Shown: piece by piece, positions 27,050 to 37,915 of the stretch
Position numbering within the stretch: position 1 is the first letter of the stretch
How the letters are laid out: each line of letters opens with the position of its first letter
Assembly: GCA_030324005.1 (NCBI GenBank)
Contig: JARDVH010000121.1
Location: forward strand, 6,187,715-6,251,714
Direction of reading: 5' to 3'
Source: Negaprion brevirostris
Taxonomy: Eukaryota
DNA: 64,000 bases
The notes under the pieces: generated by a model
What the model saw: only the letters and a program-made list of their open reading frames with translations
What the model was told of the DNA's origin: nothing
The model's database searches: none
Translations under genes and position numbers: made by a program

Positions 27050-27712
27050 GAAGAATTATTCAATTGAGAGCCAAGGATATGCTTTGGCTCTGCAGATGGA
27101 ATAATTCAATTGAATTTTGGGTACGTGTTGCATAGTAATAGGATATCTTAGGTTACTGGTCACTTTTGGGCGGATTCAGGTTGATCGGCTGTTCTGAGCC
27201 ATTTGGTAGTTGCAATCACCTACCACTAAATTCTTCCCTGGGCCTTTCCGAGATTTTGCATACAGTAAGTCCCTTTTGATTTCGGGTTTGCTGCTCCAAA
27301 ATCAGATTGGGAGCTTACATTTTTTTTGGATTATGTACGGGTTTGTTCCATCTCATATAACCTATCTTCCCTGCACAGTACCTACTGGTATAGTACTTTC
27401 TGCACATATCTGTGTTGTCAAATGCATGTATATAGTGTCCAGGATGTCTAGTCTTCTGAACTATCTGATCTGTCATTATTAACTCTAGCCATGTCAGCAG
27501 TGTTGGCTTTAAAGGCATTCCTCTTCCCGCATGGATGGGAATATGTGAACCAACCCAACACTTTGGTTAGTCAACGGTGCATATGTATATGTCACATATA
27601 GATGTGTTCACACGTACTTCTCCAAATCAATGAAATATCCCAGATATTGATTCTATTTCAGTCAACGACTGTACATACAATACTAAAAGACTAACGAAAA
27701 ACGCAGTCATTA
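27050..27712 (-). pseudogene. env: ERV env 5' part (signal peptide and SU start)
   Basis: MTAFFVSLLVLYVQSLTE...VNT...KCWVGSHIPIHAGRGMPLKP directly after the integrase; CWVC-like SU motif. Confidence 0.65.
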
Positions 27713-27789
27713 TAACACAACTTTTGTCTTACAATTGGATGCAATTGTTGGACAATGTCAAGGCGTAATGATAAAACGTGTTTGCAAAA

Positions 27790-30700
27790 CGCTCTGGACT
27801 TGACTTGCTTCTGCATTGGGGGCTGTCTGGTTGATCTTGATAGGAGCTGCGCCGTGATTGTACTTGTCATTTTAGAGCTCCCTGTATCTTTGCTAGCATA
27901 TAATCTGTAATAAAATCCAGAATGCTTTGCGGTTTTAAAATTAATCACAACAAAACTTGATCTAATCAGACTTTCTCTACTTCACTTATAGTAATAAGTC
28001 ATGATGTGTAGACTATAATAATAAGTCATCCAATCATTGTGTCAGGTTCGCTGTTTGGAGGTTTCCCACTGGAATAATATTTTAACTGAGTCCAGTGTCT
28101 GCACTTATCAATCAGGGTGCATGTCTGCCTTGTAATCATCACATCAAAAGGTGCTTCCCAGTAGCATGAGAATCCGCTTTTTGTAAGTCATGAGTTTCAT
28201 CATTGTCTTATCTCCTGCAATGGGCAGTTTAGATGTACTCTTTCCTGTCAATTTATCCTAATCTCTCAGCTGCTGTTGCATGAAACTTTTTTTTGAGAAA
28301 ATGCATACAGTCTCTTATAACTCTCAGGCAAGGTATGAGAAACGTTGTTTTATTCCCCACATTCGACAGACCACTTTCAAAACTCTACCTGTGAAATGGG
28401 TAGCCTGATGTGAATGTAACTGAAGAGGCATTCCCCACCTTAGAATTAGCTCATTTGCTAGTGTCAAAGCTATTGTTTTAGCGGTTGCATCTTTACATTG
28501 GAATGCTTCAACCTATCGAGTAAACTGGAATACAGACAGCGATTCTCCCAAAAGTGCTGAATTGGCAGGGAAACTGTTCCAAATTTGACTGTTTTGTCAG
28601 TTCAGTTTCTCACCCAAATCTCTCTACTCGATGCACTGCAGAGTTCCCAATCGTGTATCATTAAAAAACTCAAGGGTTTGGGGTCTATTCGCACGGAGTC
28701 TGGCAGTTCTCGAACTCTGCACATGCCCAGTGGCTCCGATCTGTCAGATTCCGCGTTTGCTGGCTAGCTTAATGGCTGGCTAGTCTGGGACCCACACAAT
28801 GCTATCCCTCCAGACACCTCCCAAGGCCCAATCGCAGGCCCCACAACAAGTCCTGGCGAGCCATGAACCCACGCCCGCGTCCTGGACCTCCCCCCCCGCC
28901 CCCAGACGTGGCAATCCCGCATTCCCCTCTACCCTGCAGAACACCCCCCGCCCCCCATCTCCCCCGGGGTCAGACCCCACCCCAACCCCCGGCGGCAGGC
29001 CCACTCGACAGACCTCACACTCACCAGGCCACGCTACCCTTGCTCCATCCCTGACCAAACGCTATGCAGACTGGCAGGAGGGAACCCCATCCCCACCAAT
29101 TGCCCCTACACCCATTTCAGTGTAGTCCCTCCCCCGTTGGCACTGTCCCATGCCCGCTGGGCAGTGCCAAGGTGCCCTTTGGGCAACGCAGGAGGCATAG
29201 GTCGGCACTGCCAGTCTGCCCATGCCGAGGCGAGGTCTGTCCAGCGAGGTCTGTCCGACGACTTTTTGCAGGCATTGGAAATACGGGAACAAGGCGCAAC
29301 GCGCACCTTCCACCACGACTCGGCAGAAAAGTTGTGAGTCGGGATGACAGAATCGCGGCCACACTTATTAAACATTACGTTTTTCCCTGCACCCGTGGTA
29401 AAGGCCCTGTGAAATCCATTTGTAAATTTACCCACGGCCCTAGGTGACGTAGCCGACATCCCACTTTAATCTTGCAGGCGCGACCAAGTTCCACGACGGC
29501 ACACTGCAAGTACGTCTGACAAAACTTTGCTATATCTGCTTCCCACGCCCCCCCCCAACCCCCCACGCCCATCTCTTTCCATCACAAGGTTTCTTCAATA
29601 AATCAACTATTCTGTCTCTGGCTGTGTGTGGTATTCCGAGATAAATCTTCAAGGGCGAGTGCTGTAAACTTTAGGAGACATTATTTTCCCCGATCTCCTC
29701 CATATTCTATTATGACCTTTCCGTCCTCCATCTTTTTTCCATTGTTCCTTTTCCTTTTCATTTGCTTGTTCCTGCACTTATTTTGCATTAATATCTGGGG
29801 TCCCTCAACTGCTACAGCTGCTAATCATACAGGCTGCGAGCTCTCCTAATTATGTTCACTAAGGTCATTGTTGGCTTGTCGGCTAAATCATTCCCTGGCT
29901 GTACTTTGCCCTGAATTTTCCTGTTAGCTGGGACTTTTATTGCTGCTGCCCCCAAAGTAACATAAGCTACTTGGAATAACTCTTTGGACAACGTTTCGAT
30001 CTGCTCGTGACCCCCCCTCACTTGATGTCACAAAAACACATCTGCCCCAAGCTGCCATTAAATCATGCACAATCCCAAAAAACATTACGGCTGTTTGTAA
30101 AATCGATGACCCTTTTTCCTTTTCTCCACTCCGAAGCTGGAGTTAAAGCTACGAAGTCTGCTCTGTGTGGTGACTTAGTTCATGGGATCTGCTCCCCCGA
30201 AATCACCTCGCCCGCTTTATAAACCACGGCGANNNNNNNNNNNNNNNNNNNNNNNNNNNNNNNNNNNNNNNNNNNNNNNNNNNNNNNNNNNNNNNNNNNN
30301 NNNNNNNNNNNNNNNNNNNNNNNNNNNNNNNNCCTCTTTATTCACCACGGCGATACTATATGCGTTCACATTAACCCCTTTCAATCCGCCCGCTTCTAGG
30401 AGCTGGACTATAGCATTCGGCTTTGGAGAATTATTTTTCTCATCAATGGGAAGGTCTCCGAAGCACTGATCGCCGACCTGGCGCAAGCTAGCACACTCAG
30501 GCATCGATGCATTCCTCTGGCAACTGAATTTCAGAAGTAATACTACACTGGTCTTAATCTGCCCCCATACCGCTGAGCAACTACAGCTGCCTGGATTCCA
30601 TCATTTTCCTCACAGAATGTGTGGAATGGTTTGATGAGATCTGGCAATCCCAGTGCTGAGCCTCTCATGGCTTGTTTTAAATATGAAAGGGCCGATATTT

Positions 30701-30830
30701 CTGTCCCTTTCCACTCTACCTTTTCCCGATTAGCTCTCTCTCCTTTTATCACACCCTATAAGGGCTTTGCCGCTTGGGAGAAATCCTCCACAAAATTCCT
30801 ACAATAGCTGAAGAGATTCCAATGCTTGTC
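27790..30830 (-). pseudogene. pol: ERV pol remnant (RT connection, RNase H, integrase)
   Basis: ALGLPDLIKPFHTFCEENDGIQAAVVAQRYGGRLRPV; AIKVPA...GNDLADK; GPWVNLQMDFTGPLP...*CLISVFQFTR*VEAFQCKDATAKTIALTLANELILRWGMPLQLHSHQATHFTG. Confidence 0.9.
28535..29360. mobile_element. 826-bp GC-rich non-autonomous DNA transposon (MITE-like, possibly PIF/Harbinger)
   Basis: Imperfect TIRs GACAGCGATTCT / AGAATCGCGGCC; 3-bp TSD ACA (28532-28534, 29361-29363); removal restores the integrase frame. Confidence 0.8.
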
Positions 30831-33800
30831 TTACCGCTTTTCTGTTGAGAGGCCTTGAGACACAAAGGATAACCTATTTCTTTAACTGAATTCTATAACA
30901 TTAGAACATCTTTGAAAAAAGGAATCACACCTTTCAATTCGATTTCAGGCAATAGCTTTTTTATTGTTCATTCCTTCTCTTAAATAGCATCATTTTATTA
31001 AAGTAGCTTCCTTACTAAACATTTTCTTATGTCAGAATGATCCCAAACTCAGAAACCAGTGTTGGTGATTTTCAAATGTACATTAGTGTCTATCTTACCT
31101 CTTTTTCTAAAAAAAAATCTTTGTTCCTTCGTTCATCGCTACCACCTGAACTGTCGTTTACTTTTTTAGATTGTCTTCAAAAATCTATTTTCTCGTATCA
31201 CCATTGTTGTTCCCTGTATTCATCAAATGAACCCCACCTTTAATTTTATACCACTCCTGTCCTACCAGCTCGTCTATAACGTCTGTTTCATTACTCTGTT
31301 CACTTCCTATATCTCATCGGTATCTCGCAAACCTGCTCCTTTCCTTGAATGTTCATTTATTGGACTCAATTATTTCCCTCATCTCCAACTATAATAATCG
31401 GTAAATTTAATGGTATTAAGACTTTGACACTTACTTACAATCTCTGCAGTATAGGCTTAACGTTTGGATGTTTAATTATTTCTGCAACTCTCCTCCCAGT
31501 TTCCGAACGACATAAAATCAAATCAACTGTTTCCAAAAATAGTTAACTCTACTTGCAACTTTACGGATGTAATGTAAAGTAATTTCCAAATTGACGCAGT
31601 TCTTAAATTTACTTTTCCAAATGGCAGAGCTCAAATCCCTGTCAAATTGTTATTCTTTCTATTGAAAATTGTCATGAGCACCAACTATTTCCCAGATCAA
31701 AAAAAATTAAGAGTTAATATTTTAAGAATACATATACATTCTAATCTCTTTGATCTTAACTCTGCATCATTCTCACAATTGTAAAATTCCAACTAGGGGT
31801 AAATAATTTATTGAAATTACACAAATAAGCACCAATAGAATTTTTCGTCCAACCTATTATTACATTTCAGACAAGATTGTATTTTCTATCATATCCTAGT
31901 CTACCACAAGATGGCGTCCAACCAGTCTAATCTCACTCCGTAAACAAACAGGTTGTCGGCATTTCTCGCTCTCTCTCTCTATTAACTCCTTGCATCCCGC
32001 TCTCAACACACCCGAAACTTTCACGACTCTCTTACACACACAAAAAGTTGGCTCCCTGCTTTCTTCTTTAATCCCAAACTTCCCTCGCTTGTCTCTCTCT
32101 CTCTCTCTCCCTGACAAGTCTCCTACAGGTTCTCGTACCTTGGGACCTCTCCCTGTCGCCTCCCTCACGTGGCGTCGTCCCCTATTCTTCCGAATCCGTG
32201 AAAGTTGATTGCAACCGCCGGGGCCAGCCGTCTTTGGTTGGACGGTCGAGTCCATTGATACTAGCCTGCAACACAACTCTTCGCTCTGCTGCATGGGGGA
32301 ATCAAATCTCCTGTCCCCTTCCCCTATATTTAAGCATAGCTTCTCTTCAAATGTCCTTTCTGTCCGTTCGGCCCCAATTTTATTACTCTGCTGCTTAGGT
32401 GGGATTCGAGAGTCCATCCTCTGCTCCCTACATTAAACAGGGATTATTTACATGCAAACTGTTTTTGCAACTCTTCCCCAGTCCAAGATATTCAACTTGC
32501 TGCTTCTGACTGCCAAAGATGTGTAAGCCCCTGTCTTCTGCGGCTATTTTAAAGAAATTCACTCACTCACATTTTAGAAATGGGCCTCTCCTCTGGACAC
32601 CGGTGAGTGTCCCTAACACCAGCGCCAAATCTTAAGAGCAATTTTCCACGATATTCCACTGGGGATTCTAGTATTCAACTGAAACCGAACAACACAGAAA
32701 CCACGAAAGACAGCATATAGTTACAGAACAAAAATAAGTTTATTGCTAATGCATCCAACAGGAGAGAAAAAAAAAAACAGTCAGCAAGCATCAGGGGATT
32801 GTTACTGTACCTTCATTGCAGTGTTAGTAAAAGTCGACGCGTGGCAAACAAATAATCTTTAACTTTAACTTGATGTAATCTTTCAAGTTTAACAGTACAC
32901 GTGTCAGATTGATATACTCTTCTGAACGCTTCCATTTCCCCCTCCAGCTTATCATCCAAACTGGAGGTTCTAATTGCAATATTATGCATTATCATATTAG
33001 CCAATAACTCTTTACCTATCAGTTGGATGAGGGGCTCATTATTCTATTGAACCTGAAAGTTCTTCCCTCGTTATTGGAAACATAACTATGCAAATCGGGT
33101 AGATTGCTACGACTTGCAAATTTTAATTGACAAGATGAGTCAATGCCCTCGTTTCAATTTTATGAGGATTTTATGCCCTTTTATATTACCCTCCTTGCGG
33201 CTCCTTCCCATGGAGAAGCACAACGACCTCAGGAACATGAGGAGAAGGACTCCAGACCGGGGCCGTTCAGTTAGAAAACCCTGGTTGTCTCCAGCCCACC
33301 TGACACTCTACTCCCTTTGAGCAAAAATCGTCTGGACGCTGACAGCAAGGAGGGAAGCAGTTACCCTTCTATACTGCGCAAAAGTGTCAGTGGACAGAAC
33401 GTTCCAGGCATGAGACGGTGCCCAAGGAGGTCATTTCAGGCCAAAGGGTTTGGAAACAGTACCCTCTACTTCAGTTGTAGAATTTGAGGAAGTAGCTATC
33501 TGTAGTTGAAATGTCACAAAAATTAAACAAAACACACAAGTTGCTCATTGGGAAAGGGTGAATATTGGCATTCGTGTTGACAGGTCGCCTTTTTTTAATG
33601 TTTGGCAGTGAATTTCAGTTCCTTCTTCTATAGATCCTCCAGTCTGTCTGTTCATGGCAATCACTTTAGGACAACAACTGAAGTCTCCAGACGCCTCATC
33701 CTGTGGAATTTTGCAATGTCAGTGCTATGCCCACTAACCTCGATTCTAGTCCTCATCATGTAGGGAATTCCCTCATCTGTGATATGGATAGGAATCCAGG

Positions 33801-34139
33801 AAGGAGGTGTGACCTATTTGCTAGACTTCGCAACTGCTTCAAAAATGGACACCCCGAATAGTGTCAATGCTCAGGCCTGCGTGTGATTTTTCCAGGTCCC
33901 ACTCCCCAAAATGGTGATTTCGGACCCCATCGGCCTGAGTTGAACTTAGCTTTGTCCCAGAGACCCTTCCCGTGCCCACTGAGTAGAGCACACATTGGAA
34001 ATTGATGCCTGCCTGATGTCTCACCTCCGAATGTACATCTGTCGTAAAAGACTTCGGCAATACGTTACACTTACATTCGCTGAAGTTCTGGTGAGGGCGA
34101 AGACCGACCAGGGCAGAGTGTTACCCAGTGAAGTGATTA

Positions 34140-36050
34140 TGTATTAAAGAGAAGCTTCCTGAGCAGTTGACGTGTTTAATGCAATGAGAAGGGCAGAAAA
34201 TCAAGAGACTAAGTGAGATAAATAGAAATATAGAGTGAAATAAGAGAATAGAAAATGAAGGAGCAGAGGGCGTAGAAAGACGAGAATGGGACAGACTATG
34301 CTGTGAATAGTAGTAGAGGAGAGAAATGTGTGGAAGACAGAGATAGGTAGAATGAGGGAACTGTGAAAAGAACAATCGCGGGGCAGTATATGCCAGAATA
34401 AAGTATTTGAGAATGAGGTGTAGGGTATTGAGGATTTGAGGAGTTTGGGGAGGAGAATGTGAGAGGGGTGAGTGCAGACAAATGACCCATGGCCAGTGAG
34501 GACAAATACTAGACTTGGAATTCAACAATGCCCACTACTTTTTGTAGGGCAATTAGAGCAGAAAAAATGTTAGTGTGTAAGAAAGGGGCAGTATGAAGAT
34601 AACTCATCTAAGAACTGTAAACAACGCATGCATAAATAATAATGCACTATTATAAACAGGTCTTGTTGGACCGGACAAAAAAACGATGTGTCTTTGTGGA
34701 GCAACATACAAACATACAGCAGAGATGAAAGAGGAAGACTAGGTGAGGGGAGGGGGAAGATTCTGGTCAGAAAGAAGGGACAGACTGAGAAAGAGAGAGA
34801 AAGAGGGCAAAATGCTAAAAAGACGAATTGATTATAGTGTCACAAAGAGTGTAGGGCTGTGGAAGCTAATGTCTGGAGAGACAAAGCATAGCGAGAAGAG
34901 AGATCAATGGAAGGAAATGGGTTAAAGAGAGAACAAGATACATGGAGATTGAAAGAGATGGAGAGGCAGAGAGAGAGAGGTAGGTTGCTTGGTAGATAAA
35001 ATAACGTTACATTATTAGAGGGAAGCAGATAAGAGTCTGGAAAGAGGACTGAAATTAGAATGGTAGAAAAGAAAACATGCTGGCGTGAAATCTGAACAGA
35101 GTGAAGACAAATAGTTGGTGAAGAGGCAGGCTGCAATTGATTGGTGGAGAAAGAGAGATACTGTGGAGACAGAAGGTGATTGCGGCCGAGAGAGGATTGG
35201 AAGGGAGCCCTATGGTGGTCGACAAAGAAATCTGGTGGACAGAGATGTGCTTTGGAGATATTTGCGGTAGAGGGATGGGTTATTGGGCTGGGAATTTGTA
35301 CTTTTGCAAAGTAAGAGGGCAGCAGAGCAAGGGAGTGATAATGGTGGAGATAGAGAATCGTTGTGGAGGAGAGAGGGGTGGTAGAGAGAGAGTGGAGAGG
35401 GAGAAAGGATCAGGAGGGAAAACGTGGTGGAAGAGAAGAGAGAGTGTTCGAACGGGAAAGGTTATATATTGAACAAGAGAGGGCTGTGGTGTTGGAGAGA
35501 GAAAGAGGGCGCGGATCGTGCATGGTTCGTGGAGAGAAGTTTTGATGTAGATCAACGGATGGTTTTGNNNNNNNNNNGATGATAGGACGATGAAGCATGA
35601 AGATTCAGAATCTGTGATAAACGAGGGGGCCATTGGAGATAACGGGCGTGGGTGGTAGTAGGAAGGTGATGTGTTGGTGGTGGATAGATCGTTGTGGTGG
35701 ACAAACATATTTGTTGGTAGTGGAGGGGAGTTGTTGAAGAGAAAAAAAATAGAGAAAGAAGGTTGGGCACCACTGAGACAGTTCTAAGTTGATGGAGCGA
35801 GAGAGGAGGTTGATGGATGGGGTCACAGCAGAAGTGGTGGAGCAAGCCTCTGGATATAGTGAAGCGATAGGGATGGGCTGCGAGACAAGGTGAAGGAGAT
35901 AGAGCAGTGGAGAGACTGATCAGTATTTTGTTGAACAGGTGGGCGGTGCTTGAGAGAAACAAAAAATAGATGGCTGAAAGTGAAAGAGAGGTTTATACAG
36001 ATGAGGTCAAGCTGTGATGGAGAGAAAGATGGGGACATGCTCCTGTAGTG
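34140..36050 (+). repeat. purine (GA)-rich low-complexity tract
   Basis: Strong A/G strand bias with GAGAGA runs over about 1.9 kb. Confidence 0.7.
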
Positions 36051-36414
36051 CTACGACCAATAAAGGGGAGGGAATGGAATGTGTTTGGAAGGTGGGATTC
36101 AATGTGCGACCAAGTTGCCTCCGTCAGTCAATGTGTCATTTCTGGACGACAGAGATATGCTCGATTCAGTATGGCATTCAATTAGGAAAGGGTCAAGCAG
36201 TGACGAAGAACATGGTTCTTCCGATGTCCCCATCAGAGAGGTAGAAATCCGTCTTCTCCCGGGTTCAATCGTAACTGAGCTTGGCGAAGTTCGGGGACTT
36301 GTGACGGGCGGTGGGGTGGTAATGGTTCGCAGGCTTCTTAATATCTTGGCGAGAACATCCAATCCTCTGCACAGCACAAAGTAAGAAGTGAATCGATCAT
36401 CAGCGGCTGCATGG

Positions 36415-36540
36415 AACTCTGCACTGCGCGTGCGCGTCCAACACCCCACTGCGGCTCATCGGCCAATTTCTATTCCCAGGGAAGCGGCCGATGCGCTGTC
36501 CTCTGGGAGAAAGCCAATCGGCACATGCGCAACGGCAACA
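36415..36540. promoter_or_regulatory. CpG-rich promoter-like island (two CCAAT boxes, two NRF1-like sites)
   Basis: CTGCGCGTGCGCG (36424), GGCCAAT (36461), AGCCAATC (36512), GCACATGCGCA (36521). Confidence 0.5.
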
Positions 36541-36731
36541 TTTTTGCAAAGTTTGTTTTTCATAAGCTGAAGATTATTACTGACATCGTCTTCCGATCTG
36601 CTTTTGGATCCGTTCCCTTCCCATTTCTTTGAGCCTCTTCTTCTTTGTTTTGTTTCGCCGAGTTTATAATTTTTACTTTTGTTAAAAACGGCAGTATGAA
36701 AGTCATTCAAATTGGGTCCCGGATATTTCCT

Positions 36732-36783
36732 CAGTTGTAGCAACTTCTCCCAGATCTGGCACTGGGAAGAGCTGCTACAACTG
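36732..36783. ncRNA. pre-miRNA-like hairpin (candidate)
   Basis: CAGTTGTAGCAACTTCTCCCAG - 8-nt loop - CTGGGAAGAGCTGCTACAACTG; 21/22 positions pair on the minus strand, 20/22 on plus (counting G-U). Confidence 0.35.
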
Positions 36784-37038
36784 TGGCAAAGTGTGACGGC
36801 CGGGAGGGGAATCATCATCAGGCACAGCCTCTCTTTAAAAAGATCCAGTTTAGCTTTCCGGAGACACCGCAAATCTCTTCAAATTTAAACGGCAGCTTCG
36901 CAATTTATTCACTTATACAGCGAGAATGATTCTCTAATAGCTTCACTCGCATTCCACTGCAGAGTATATTCCACGCAATCTCCTCTCTGACACTTCACCC
37001 GATTATATAATAAATTTGTGACATCATCACGTGTCCAA

Positions 37039-37225
37039 ATTGTTCTCTGTTCAGGTGTGTACGGGTGTATATATTATTGTATGTGTCAAGGTGTACATCA
37101 TACACACAGAAACATACATTGTTCTTTGTTCAGGTGTGTATTGGTGCATACATTATTGTATGTGTCAAGGTGTATATCATACACACAGAAACATAAATTG
37201 TTCTGTGTTCAGGTGTGTACGGGTG
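37039..37225 (+). repeat. 79-bp minisatellite, at least 2.3 copies, running into a gap
   Basis: ATTGTTCT.TGTTCAGGTGTGTA at 37039, 37118 and 37197. Confidence 0.9.
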
Positions 37226-37599
37226 NNNNNNNNNNCAATTTCACTTCCACTCATAGCTTTAGGAATAAATTTACATAATCCAATTTCATAATAGTACACA
37301 CAAAGATTTCTACCTTTACATCGGTTATTCTTCTGATGTCGCGTCCTATGTGAACCAGCTCAGAATTTCATAAACCCTCGATGGTCTTTGTCTTTGTAAG
37401 ATGTTGTGCATTTCTGCGATTATCCCTGTTTTCTCGATCTGTTTCTGTCCTCATGCGACTACGTAATTACGAATCTGTTTCTGTGCAATAAATGCATGTT
37501 TGAAACTAAGTGCGTTTGTTTATAATTTTGCATGTGTGTCAACGTGTTAGTGATTTTGAATCATGTGTGTCCCTTTGTTTGTGAAAGATTCTGAATCTC

Positions 37600-37915
37600 T
37601 GTTTGCGCCTGCATCTGTTTGTGTTGTGCGTGTGTGATTGCATATGTGTAACTGTATGTGCATTATGATTCTGTTTGTGAAACCGCGCAGCTGTGTGCCT
37701 GTGAGCGATTCTATGTCTGTTTATCTATCTGTGTGTGTGTGTGAGTGTGTGTGTGTGCAAGGGGTGCTTGTACGAAAACTTGCCTGTGGTTCTGTGTTTT
37801 TGCATGTGTATGCCCGTGCGTATCCAGTCGTCTTTCTCTGCGTGTGTGTGTGTGTGTGTGTATGTGCGTGTCTTATCTCTATGCGTTTGCGAGCGATTGT
37901 GTGTGCGTGTATGTA
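37600..37915 (+). repeat. degenerate (TG)n microsatellite region
   Basis: Multiple TG runs. Confidence 0.8.

Larger units (their letters stand above)
27050..33050 (-). mobile_element. decayed endogenous retrovirus (class I, gamma/epsilon-like): LTR-PBS-gag-pol-env
   Basis: PBS-like TGGCGCTGG at 32627-32610 and minus-strand AATAAA near 32740; RT connection, RNase H, integrase and env remnants in the correct order; outer boundaries approximate. Confidence 0.8.

Noticed and set aside
28780-29459. Cluster of overlapping Pro/Gly-rich ORFs
   Set aside because: Due to high GC content of the inserted TIR element; no domain motifs
34121-36038. Ser/Leu/Phe-rich and Arg/Glu-rich ORFs
   Set aside because: Translation of purine-biased low-complexity DNA
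36762-36796. GKSCYNCGK, resembling a CCHC zinc knuckle
   Set aside because: A stop follows immediately and the H/C ligands are missing; the sequence is one arm of the hairpin
37039-37225. CRISPR-like appearance of the 79-bp repeat
   Set aside because: Whole units repeat with no unique spacers; eukaryotic context and no cas genes
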